Source of the DNA: Camelus ferus
Taxonomy: Eukaryota
Assembly (NCBI RefSeq): GCF_009834535.1
Contig: NC_045696.1
Coordinates: forward strand, 95,730,001-95,794,000
DNA: 64,000 bases
Direction of reading: 5' to 3'
The notes beneath the pieces were generated by a model. The model searched no databases, had not been told where the DNA came from, and worked only from the letters and a program-made list of their open reading frames with translations. Below, in pieces: positions 1 through 11,039 of this stretch (the first letter of the stretch is position 1; the number at the start of each line of letters is the position of its first letter). Both the position numbers and the translations under genes were made by a program.

Positions 1-89
1 AATTTACATTGTCTTGCAGAAAATAGAAATCTTACCAATTAAGTCTGATATTTTGAGAGAGGAATTATAGAAATAATGACAAGAGTAAT

Positions 90-290
90 GATAACAGTAA
101 TCGTGAACATTTATAAATCACTTACTCTGTGATCCAGGCTCTATGCTAGTCATTTACATATAAACCAGTTCAAACAATAAATCTATGAGATCAGTATTAT
201 TGTTTTCCCATAAATGAGTAAAATGAGTTTTTAGAAGGTTAAAAAACTGGGCAAACGTCATATATCTTAAATACTGGAGCCAGAAAAATC
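90..290. mobile_element. MIR SINE remnant
   Basis: Core MIR-like text (cacttactctgtg...ctatgagatcagtattatt...aaggttaa...ggagccag). Confidence 0.55.
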
Positions 291-1883
291 TAGGTAGCTA
301 AGAATGTATATAGAAAACTTTTTTAATCTTTTTGAGTACCCCCCCACACAAGAATATTTGGAAACACAAAGAGAATAATAATAACAAACATCTCTACCTT
401 GCCGAGATCCCTACATTGACACCTTAGTGTATTTCCTGCTGTATCTCTTTTCTATACACATATATCTTTTCTGCCTGAAACCTGCAGATAACCATTTCTT
501 CAAGGAGCCTTGGTTTCCTTTAGCAGGGAATAAAAACAGAAAAAAACTGGCATGTATTCATTGATACTAGGCTACTTTAATGTACAGAGTTAGAAAATAC
601 AGATTTTAAAGATTATATATATATGTGAGTTTATAGTGATTTTTAAATTTAACAGTACAGGATTGTTCCTTAATGTATTTATTTTTATAACTGCATATAG
701 CTTTTTAAGTAAGCATTTTATTTTCATTTTACATTACTGAAGTATTCTTTCTTACTATAAAATTAGAAACCATTGATATGCAAAAAAGGGAAATAAAAAC
801 TTTAAAGTACTCCATGGAGTATACTGCTTTTAAAGCAGCATACTAAGAGAACAGTTAACTTGGACAGGTATTTTTCATATTTTCTATGCATTCATTGTGT
901 GTGTAGAAGCAATATAATAATAATATTAGTGTAGATTTTAGAAATTAATGCAACAAACCCGTAGTCACCCAGCAACCTGACTTGATGTTTCTACTTGTGC
1001 AAATTCTTGATTATGCTTGTTTGAACACCCAGTAATTTAGAATTTGCTTTACTCTCTTGTGGTGAGATTTTACTTCCAGTGATGATGTTTACTGTCCCTG
1101 AAATGGGTTGCATCTGTTTCAAATGTCATTGAACCTCCCTAGAAACTAAGTTTTTACCATTTCAGGAAGTCACTTGAGGTCTTTTTTTTTAAGGAACATG
1201 CCAGAAGTCTTGGTTTCTTCAGGTAAATAAACTTATCAGTAGCAATAATAATAATTATGGCTAACATTATTGATATAATATGGTTTTCTCATTTAATTCT
1301 CCTCACAAGTTTTGATGAATTGACACTCTACATATTAAAAGAGGAAACTGTTGCACAGAGAGGTTAATTAACTCACCAAAGCACATGGCTAATTATCTTG
1401 TTCTGTCATAATATTTTTTATTACTAATGAATAATCTACTTCTTAAATGTGGAATTACATGTTTGTGCACACTTACCCTGTATTCTCTTTAGAGCAGGAC
1501 AGCCTGGACTTGCATTACCACTCCTTAGCTGTGTATCTTTATTATTCTGAAAATTTTATTTGCTGATAATTATTTCACATTTGCTTTACATTGAAATTGT
1601 CTCAAAATATTAATAATAACTTACAATAAATAAAATCACCTAGAGATGATTTAAATTTCTTTACAGTACTTTCTACCTTAAATTCATCCACTTGATTCAA
1701 GTTCTCAATAAAATCATCAGAAATTCATTCTTTGTGTAACTTTACCAATATGATATATGGTTAGGTTCATTTGTTTCCATTTGTGTTCAATTTGTGGCAA
1801 TATATTACGTTTAAATTATTTTTATAATAGTTAGCAATATACTACAGTATCTCTGATATAAACCAGTTTCTATAGTCTTCTCT

Positions 1884-2408
1884 GTAATGTTATGGACTTC
1901 TACAGATTGTTTCCAAACCACACTGTCTTCTGGACACTGGTTAGTTTTGGCCAATAGTAAGCACTAACAGGAGACTGAAAGATGGGAAAGATGAAAAAGG
2001 ATTCCTCTTCCTACTTCTGGTTCCTTTTGGTAGCCTTCTAATAGCCAAAAACAAACCAGCTCTAGCATTTTTCTGAACTCCCAGCAAGAGCCAGACCACT
2101 GCCTGCTGAAGGTTTAAGCACCTGCAGTATCAGCATCAGGCAAGTGGTGTTGCTGAGAGGACCGAGCACCAAGGTGTGCGAAAGCCCTTCTTTTGCGCAC
2201 CTGGGTTCCCATCACTACCACTTCCCTCTTGCCACCCAGTCCTAGGAGTGCCGGCGGCTGCTTGTAGTTACAAATCTCTGGAATTAGTTGTGTGTTTTGT
2301 TTTGTTTTGTTTTGAGTTTTTGATGCCTATGTAAACAACTATCCAAACCAAATTCCCTCTAATACACTTAGCATCACTTCAAGTTCCTGTCTGAACCCTG
2401 ATAATACA
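1884..2408 (+). mobile_element. Old ERVL-type solo LTR (LTR33-like)
   Basis: TGTAATG...GGCCAAT...AAATTCCCTCT...CCTGTCTGAACCCTGATAATACA termini and internal motifs. Confidence 0.55.
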
Positions 2409-2839
2409 AATAAATAAGCATTTGTATACTCATTTGTCAAAGTTATATCAGTCTTTTCCCCACGTTCCTTTAATCTAGTCTTTCAAAGCAGTTAGAACAA
2501 AAGAAGCCAAAATACATGAACTTCATAATGTTGCTTTCAAAATTTTCTCTCAGAATGTGCTGACATAATGTGAGGTGCAAATTCTCCAGGTAACCACGGG
2601 TGTCCAAGTAAGTCAGAAACTGTTGATTGGAGACAGACTTTGCTGCCCCTTGGTCTGTACCTACGATGAATCTAATGGTTTTTTGTTTGTTTTGTTTTGT
2701 TTTCTCCAGGGCACTTCAATGAAGAGCAAGGTTTCAGTTAAGGGAATATAAAAACGTAACTGTAGGGTTTATTACTGTAGATTTTCCAATCTGTGGAAAT
2801 ATAAAAACATTACTGTAGGGTTTCTGTTCAAGAAAACCA

Positions 2840-3480
2840 CCATCAGTTTATTTGTCAATTTTAACTAGTATCCTGATTTTCTTCTCTTTTCCATTCTGCA
2901 CAGTTATAATCTATGAAAACAGACATGTTAGACTTGTTGGATTCTGTTGTCATGTCAACCGAGTAAGAGCTTTATGTTAGTTTAGTTTTAAGCTCAAGGC
3001 CTTATACATGATGATGCTCTCAGCTTCCATGGTGATTAGTTATGGTTATAACTCTAGTTATAAATCTGTGGTTCTAAAGAAATTGTGTGTAGCAGATAGA
3101 GAAAGTGAGTTAGTCTTTTCAGAGTTAGAGAGAAAAGGTGATATAGTGATGTACCTGGGAACAAATGGCAGTATCAACAGGTTTTAATAAAATTAAAATA
3201 TGATATCTTAAGAATACAGTTGCTACCTTGGATTTCTAGTCAGTCATGAATTATCAGAGTTAATAGGAATGAGGATTCCAGAGATGCAAGGCAAGGTTTA
3301 GCTGTCTTTAAGGTTAATAAAGTGACTTTGTGTAGGTTACATTGTATTTCTCTGCCTTGCTGCTTCATCTGTATACTGGAATCACTATAATAATTTTTAT
3401 ATCATAGGATTTTTTGAGGAATAAGTGACAAAATACATTTAAAATTCACAGTAGTTTATGTCATTTTGTACTCCTTCAAA
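2840..3480 (+). pseudogene. Decayed AADAC-family exon 3 (about 2894-2962) with flanking intron 2 and intron 3 homology, opposite orientation to the intact gene
   Basis: GATTCTGTTGTCATGTCAACCGA|GTAAGAGC (DSVVMST) aligns with intact exon 3 GATGCAGTTATCGTATCAACCAA|GTAAGAGC. Collinear intron matches: AGAGAGAAAAG, GGAACAAA.G.CAG, AATTA.CAGA...GATGAGGA and a shared MIR. The exon has stops/frameshift and a damaged acceptor. Confidence 0.75.
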
Positions 3481-3519
3481 AGAAAAAAGCAATTAATCAC
3501 CTAATTACACATGAGACTA

Positions 3520-4480
3520 AAGCAAATCTGTTCTCAAGGACAGTGCTGATTTTTCATCAAAGATAAGGAAACCAGAGGGCAGTAGAATGACATACAAAAT
3601 ACTGAGGGGAAAATATACTATCAGGCAAGAATTCTATATCCAGAAAAACTATCCTTCAAAATGAAGGCAAAATAAAGTCATCAATAGGTAAATGGAGATT
3701 GACAGACTTTGTTGCTTGCAAACCTGCCCTTCAAAAAGTACTAAAGGAAATCCCTCAGGTTGAATAAAAATGATACAGCATTGTCACCCAAATCCACAAG
3801 AAGAAATGAAGAGCACTGGAAATTGTAAATATATTGGAAAACATAAAAGATTCTGTGTAGATATCTATGTCTCTAATGTTTTTTTTAAAGTCTATTTTGC
3901 CTGATATTATTAGATCCATTCAGTATTTTTATGATTGTTGTTTTCATGATTCATCTTTTTCTGTCCTTTTACTTTCAACTTATTTGTGTGTACATACTTA
4001 TATATTTTTCTCTTTTAGCTTCTGTTTATTACATATACAGATATAAAATATATAACACTGACTATTTGAAAGAAGAGAAAAATTGAGCTATATTGTAGCA
4101 AAGTTGCCATATTTTAGTCAGTATTAACCAGAGTAGACTGTGATAAAGTAAAGGTGCATATTCACAGAGCAAACACAAAGAAAATAACTGAAACATAGTT
4201 AAGTCATCAGTGGAGGATTTAACTGGTACACACAAATTTTTGCTAGATACAAAATAAGGCATTCAGAAGTAACAGAGGGTAAATCATTCAAGCCATATAG
4301 AAAACAAATAGCAAGTGGCATATATAATTCCAGTGGTATCAGTAACTCCATTGATTATGGATGGACCAAGTTCTATAAAAAAAAAAAACAACCCCCAGAG
4401 ATTGTCAGATCAGATGAAAAAACAAGACCTATATGGTATCTCCAGTGGAACTATCTTAGATTCACAGACACAATACCATT
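3520..4480 (+). mobile_element. Ancient L1 fragment (ORF1 end / ORF2 start)
   Basis: CAAGAATTCTATATCCAGAAAAACTATCCTTCAAAATGAAGG...; decayed endonuclease-start-like sequence near 4320-4470. Confidence 0.6.
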
Positions 4481-5049
4481 TCAGTGCTGCAGGCAACTGA
4501 GATTGACTTGTTGCTTACTCTCATCCCCAAACCATATGAAAGTTTCTATACATCTAATTTTCTATCCTTTATCTATTCCTACAAATATACATAGAATAGC
4601 TGCTATTTTTTGAGAAAAGTAATCTTTTTGAAAAAGACCTCAAGCTGAAAACCTTCAAATTCTCCCAATGTAACTAAGAAAATGCTTACTTTCTAAGATA
4701 ATACTTTTCAGAAGGTGCCAATCCTCCCACATTGGGCCAAAGACAGATATTATAATTTGATTACACTATTACTTATTAACTAGTCTCAATGGAGCCAAGA
4801 CTTTGAGTAGTCAATTTATCATCCCTGAAAATATTTTTCCAGCCCTGATGATCATCTGTCATCTTTTAACTTTATTACCAATGTTTTCCTGCTCCAGTAG
4901 AGAAATTTATGGCACCCTTAGGACTGGACTTCACATTGCTTTTCTATGAGGAAGCCATCTGCTAAAGTTAGGAGAAAGAATGTGACATAAGGTAAAGTGT
5001 GGCTTCATTCCCAAGTAGTCTCACAAGAGGAAGAGTCACAGATCTTAAG

Positions 5050-5443
5050 GATCCACTGTGATTCCTAAATTAGCCATCTGTCACCACATCTGCTCATCCA
5101 AAGCCTGCCTGTTACGAATTCCCTTGGCACAATTTGCTGTTAGGCTAAAGGCTTTAGATTCATGCTGGTTGTTGAGGGAAGTCTGCCCTCAGATCCCTAC
5201 CATGGGGGCCTTTTCATAGGGCAGCTCACAACAGGATGGCTAGCTTCATTACAGTCAGCAACGCAGAGAGAATGAGAGCCAGGAGGAGAGAAGTTGCCTA
5301 ATCTTGGAAGTGCCATCCCCTCACTCTTGCCATATGCTATCCCTAAAAGGGAAAACACTAAATCCAGCTCATACAAAGGGATGAGATTACACACGTGTGT
5401 AAAGAGCAGGAGATGGGAAGTCGTTTTAGAAATTGTCTACAAC
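5050..5443 (-). mobile_element. MLT1 (MaLR) LTR remnant
   Basis: GGGCAGCTCACAACAGGATGGCTAGCTTC...GGAAGTGCCATCCCCTCACTCTTGCCATATGCTAT. Confidence 0.6.
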
Positions 5444-5815
5444 TAAGTAGACCACCTTTAAAAAAAATACAAAAATACAAAGGACTAACACTTACTCAAA
5501 AAAGCAAGGTGTTATAGCTCTATACCTGTTGCAGAAATTAAATTCATAATTAAAGATCTTCTCAAAAAGAAAACTGAAGTCCCAGATGGCTTTGATTTTC
5601 TTTCAAATATTTAAGGAAAACATTATTACGAATCCTATACAAACTTTCTCACAAAATGGTATTCCTACTTATTTTAGGAGGCCAGCAACATCATGATACT
5701 AAAGCAGAAAGGGCGTTATAATGAAAAGAGAAATACACATCAATGTTCCTCATGGACATAGATAAAAATCTTGAGCAAAATAATTAGCAAATTACTAATA
5801 CAGAAAAAGTAATAT

Positions 5816-7099
5816 TTTAAAATGTCTCACCTTCAGCATCTTCAGCAGAGGAAATAAAGCAAAATATGATGTTCTGGTGTGATGGTGACTGAGGACTTTT
5901 GAATTATCTCAACCTAGCCAACTCGGGAAATTTAGAGAGGATGCTGTAGGAAAATGTGATTTTCTTGGAAAACCATCGTGAGAAATTCCAGCAAAAATTA
6001 CCAAATCTTACAGAAAGGTGGCCTAATGAAAATAGTAAGTGGGCTTTCTCTTTTGACCACACTTACTGATTTTTTAGTTGTTTTTTTCTAAAAAACAAAC
6101 ATTATCTAACTTGTATCTTTTAAAAATATTTTTGTATAATTTTTAAAGGTTATACTCCATTTATAGTTATTACAAAATATTGGCTAAATTTTCCATGTTA
6201 TACAGTAATATTTGTAGTCTATTTTATACTCAACAGTTTGTACCTCCCACTCCTCCACCCCTATTTTGTACCCCAACCATCACTAGTTTACTCGGTATAT
6301 CTGTGTCTGCTTCTTTTTTGTTATATTCACTAGTTTGTTGTATATTTTAGATTCTAGATACAAGTGATACCATACAGTATTTGTCTTTCTTTGAATTTTA
6401 AAGTATGCAGATTTATTCAAAATATGCATATTTGCATTTAAAATATGCAGCCAAATGGAAGTCTTGTCAAGAAGAGGTGGGTAGCAAATATTCGTGTTTA
6501 TTTTGTTACTTTTTGGAGTAGCTACTGCTGATACTCTATGCTCTCCAGGAAAATTAGAAGCCCAGATTACATCAGGTAATTGCAACATGCAGTAACACAT
6601 GTAGGCTGCCAGAAGTAATTATGATTCAATTATCAGTGATCAATAAGTCGAAAGGAAAAGAATAAAGCAAACTGGAACATCAAAGTTGAGTGAGATATCA
6701 CACTTAAAAAGCTAGTAAGAAGGAAAGCGAGTGAGACCAGATGCTTTACATGCTGTGGGACAGTCTAGGGGTCTCTTGAAGATCTTTATCAAAATAAATA
6801 GACTTGGCAGTAGATGTAATGAAATGCTACAGTGCAAGTCTTGTTGTGGGGATTAACCCGAGGGCACTCTGTACTGTGTTCTTTTTTGTGCATTTTTAAA
6901 TCCCACTTGCCACAACGTCTATGCTTTCTCTTTTTCTTCAGCAGAGAGCAAAGGAGTCATGATGATCAGTTGATAAAAATATAGAGCTGAATTTACATAA
7001 GCATTCAGTGACTGTCATGCACCCTGTTGCTTACTTAAGGAACACAACTGAGTCTCTAAGTTGCATTAAAAAAATCTGTTCTTTTAAAAAAAGAAAGAA
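5816..7099 (+). pseudogene. Unidentified processed (retroposed) RNA copy inserted into an old L1
   Basis: TSD AGAAAAAGTA(A/G)TAT at 5802-5815 and 7100-7113; ATTAAA at 7065-7070 followed by an A-rich tail from 7086; L1 ORF2 sequence resumes on both sides. Confidence 0.65.
6115..6392 (-). mobile_element. L1 3' end fragment
   Basis: TTAGATTCTAGATACAAGTGATACCATACAGTATTTGTCTTTC, typical antisense L1 3'UTR. Confidence 0.7.
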
Positions 7100-8543
7100 A
7101 GAAAAAGTAGTATATACAAAATATCGCATGCTATTGTGTAATATACCTCTGGAGTACAAAAATTGGTTAACCTTGTAGATTAATCAACCAGAAATTGAAT
7201 TAAGAAAAAAGAACCATAATTATCTTAATTTATGTAGCAATCATATTAGGCAAAATTCAACAATTATTTTCTTTTCCCAAAGCCACTAAGCAAACTTGAA
7301 GTAGAAGATTATATACATCTGATAAAAAGCAACTATAAAATATAGACCTTATATGGAACAATCAAATAATAGACCTAATATCCAACAGTTAAAAACTGAA
7401 TACTTTTCCACTAACAGTGGAAAAAAACACAAGAGTATCCATTATCACAACTTTTTTCTCTCCTAGCATTATACTGGAGGTCCTAGACATGCAGTAAGGC
7501 AAGAAAGAGACATAAAAGGCATGCAGTTTGGAAAGAAATAATTAAACTCTGTTTACTCACAGATGATAGGATTATCTATGCAGAAAATAATAAATCATCT
7601 AATATAAAGCTATTAGAACTAAAAAGTGAATTAAGCAAGGTTTTGGGATACAAGATCAATATATAAACCCAACTGTGGTTCTGTATTCCCAATGTGAATA
7701 ATTAGAAGATGAAAATTACAAAAAAGAAATATTGCAATTTGCAACAGCCTTAAATATGAAATTATCAGCTATAAATTTAATAAAATATACATAATAATGG
7801 TATATGAATTGTGCTTCTGGACCTCTGTTCTCATAAAATCCATATCCATTCATATTATTTGGTAATGATTTTGCTTGTTTTATGTGAAAATATCACATGT
7901 AATAACATGCTGATTCAGTTAAGCAAATATTTTTAGTACGCTGAACTCTGATTAACACTGGACTACTTTTATTCACTAAATTTTTCTATTGTAGCATCCT
8001 TTGAGGTAGGTAGAGGATGATGTCAAACACCAGTCATGGAAGGATTCAACAAAAGACTTTGGAAAGACTTTTTTTAAATTATTGAATTTATAATGTTTCA
8101 GAGTTTCCATTTAGAGGCATACATACAGTTAAAAAAAATCAATTTATTTCACATAAAACATCTTCAAACTTACCCTATTTCATTACTCAATAATTTATTT
8201 TTCCACAATTATTTTTAAATACATATTGTTATATTGAGATTTGGTATATGTATACAAATATATATATGTGTATGTGTGTATATTTATATATAAAATATAT
8301 TGGTATATAAGCATATGTGTATACATATATGTATATACACATACACATTTTTTTTTACTTATGCTTCTCCCATTACTATTTAGTCACTCATATTTGGAGT
8401 ATTTTCTTATACTGACGCTTTGCCAATCTCAAGGACCAGATTAACCAAATGTAAATGCTTTTGTCTGGCTAAAATAAGCTGTCACTACCCTCTCATCAAA
8501 ACATCAACAGATCCAGGTATCTTTAATATATAATTGTTTAGAC

Positions 8544-8549
8544 TTTATT
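8544..8549 (-). terminator. Candidate AADAC polyadenylation signal AATAAA
   Basis: First minus-strand AATAAA (tttatt on +) that I found after the stop codon, ~480 nt downstream. Confidence 0.45.
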
Positions 8550-9024
8550 GTCTTGGACTAAGGAGTTGGGTTATGCATTAAGCAATATATTTTACAATGG
8601 TAGAAAGGTGACACTGAACTGGGACAAAAATATTTAGAAAGAGTAACAACTTCGTTCATACTAGCAATAAATGGAGCTTCTCCAAGGATCTGAAACCATG
8701 CTGAGTAAAGCCTTGATGTTAAACAAGCAGACATTTCTTCTAATTGCAATAAAATGTATCAAGCAACAAAAATGAAAGTAATGTAAGAAAATAGATATTT
8801 TTAAATGATAACAATAACAGAAAAATATAATCTAATACACTCTAAGAAACAAAGGTGAGTGAATTACCCTGAGACTAATTCATTGACAATAACAATTACA
8901 TACATGCAGATTTAGGAAGACTTTTGCCTATAAAACATGCATTCCTAACATGAATCCATTGGGTATTAGTTCTTTTTTCCTGAAACATGGGGGCTTACAT
9001 TTTACTATATTGATCAGATTTTTA

Positions 9025-9621
9025 CTACAGGTTTTCATCTAGCCAACTAATATACTGGTTGGCTAGCCTATAACCAATTTTCATAAACAGAAAAGAAACT
9101 GTCCCATGGAATGCACCCTCCACGTGGCTATGGACCACCTGGACTCCAGAATTCCGAAGTCGAGTAACGTACATGAGCCCATCATCTCTTAAGACATCAT
9201 ATTGACAAGTGATGATATAGGTCAGGGGTAAATTACGCAACTTGTTGTCATCAGCTAGCAAAGGTGAAGCTTTCACATCTAGAAAACCTGGATATTTTTT
9301 AGCCAGCTCTGAACTGCCATGAGTTGGAGTCTTATAAATGTGGCCTTTCTTAAACTTCTCAGGAAGCAAAGAACTCCAGTTAACTAATTTGAACTGATGA
9401 ATTGATTCCAGAGGTATATGTTGGTTAGAAAGCATTGCTTTCTCAAGTGACCTATCTGTAGTAAAATACTCACTCCAGAATCTGACCATGAGTGATTTGG
9501 ACAGAATTGGAAAATGTGAATTTTCTCTATATGATGGTAAATCCATATCAAAATTCTGAAGGGCAGGATATATTAAAGACTGGACCTTGAGTTTGATCTT
9601 GACATCTGGGTCTTCTAATAG
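9025..9621 (-). CDS. AADAC: AADAC exon 5 coding part (catalytic Asp and His, stop TAG)
   Basis: Acceptor [41 protein letters not shown]...YDVLRDDG...FHGTVSF...WLDENL*. Confidence 0.95.
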   Translation of the reverse strand, partial: LLEDPDVKIKLKVQSLIYPALQNFDMDLPSYRENSHFPILSKSLMVRFWSEYFTTDRSLEKAMLSNQHIPLESIHQFKLVNWSSLLPEKFKKGHIYKTPTHGSSELAKKYPGFLDVKASPLLADDNKLRNLPLTYIITCQYDVLRDDGLMYVTRLRNSGVQVVHSHVEGAFHGTVSFLFMKIGYRLANQYISWLDENL

Positions 9622-11000
9622 CTGAAAAAAATCAGAATATGTTGCTTAAATGAACACTTTAATAAAAAAAAAATGCACTGTAAAAAATGTATTCTAAAAT
9701 TTAAAATCCTTAAAAAAATACACAATATTTTGATAAAAAATAAGAATCTTAATATCAAATAAATTTTAGTACTAGATATTCATAAATTAATTTACAAAAC
9801 AAAAATAATCTGTACCACTCTCCTCATAGGATGTGAAAGAGGATCTTTTATTATAATGTGAATTTTATACCAATATAACCTAAACTTATAATCTGAGGCA
9901 TTGCATATGTTTGATCCTCTTTTTCATTAAGAATATTTTAAATAGCTAATTATGTCAACAAGCATTGAAATGGGAAGGAGATAGCTCTGAAACTGAAGAG
10001 ATGTTCAATGTTTGATAAAACTAAACCATGTGGAATTATTAATTTTTAATTTTTTTGAGTAATGCTCTATCTTTTCTAGATCTAGTCCTTTTTTTTTCCC
10101 AGGAGCAATAGAATTTTAAGTTTTCTTCTAAGCTAATTTATCCTTCAATGTGCTTCTGCTACTGGGACAAAATGATTATTCTGTCAGTCATAAAATATGT
10201 ATCTAGTAACCCATTTTTTTTTATTATTATTATTGCACAGTAATGTTTGGGTAAATTAAAAATTTCAGAATTTCAAAAGATTTTTTTTTCCAAACACTAC
10301 CAACTTTAACTTGTACACACCTGAAGCACTGGTATACTCAAGAAGTGTCAAACTGATTAGCACACTAAAAAAATGGTATTGCCTGCTTATCATTTAGAGC
10401 ACTGGCCAGGACTTCAGGTACAATGGTAGTGAGTTTGTAACCAATCTCAAAGAGAAAACTTTTAATAACTACCCATTAAATACGACATTTCTTTTAAGGG
10501 TTTTTGTTTTTTTTTTTTTACGTATTTTTTCAAATTTAGGAAATTCTCTTCTATTCACAGCTTTCTAATGTTTCATCTTTATAGATGCTTAAAATTATCT
10601 GTAAACAATTTACTTTTATTGAGATAATTATATAATTTTCTTCTTTAAATTATTAACTTGAAGAATTGTATTAAGAATTATTTTAATATTAAACCTATCA
10701 CACTCTACTAGAATAAACTCAAGATAATCATGATATATTACCCTTTTAACGTATTGCTTAATTTTGTTTGGTAGTATTTTAGTTCAGGATTTTGTATCTA
10801 TGTTCATAAATGTGAATGTCTGGTATTTCCTTCTTGAACTGGCCTTGTCAGGTTAAGAATCAAGGTATATTAGCTTCTCAAAATGTAACTTTTCCAACTT
10901 TTTGGATTCCTTTTTAGAAGTAGAGCTATGTCTTTAAAAAAAAATACTTGTTAGAATTTGTGTTTAAAGCTGTTTGATCCTGAAGTCTGTGTGGTCTGTG

Positions 11001-11039
<39 letters not shown>

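Larger units (their letters stand above)
5450..7790 (+). mobile_element. Ancient L1 ORF2 fragment split by the retrocopy at 5816-7099
   Basis: RT-region L1 text at 5450-5815 and 7114-7790 (e.g. CTGGAGGTCCTAG...GCAGTAAGGCAAGAAAGAG...GGATACAAGATCAATATA). Confidence 0.65.

Noticed and set aside
2742..2823. Short direct repeat GG.AATATAAAAAC...ACTGTAGGGTTT
   Set aside because: Two-copy local slippage duplication; not an array and not CRISPR-like.
8241..8444. Y/I/V/H/T-rich ORFs (also 54790, 62829, 27581, 42738)
   Set aside because: Translations of microsatellites or antisense L1.
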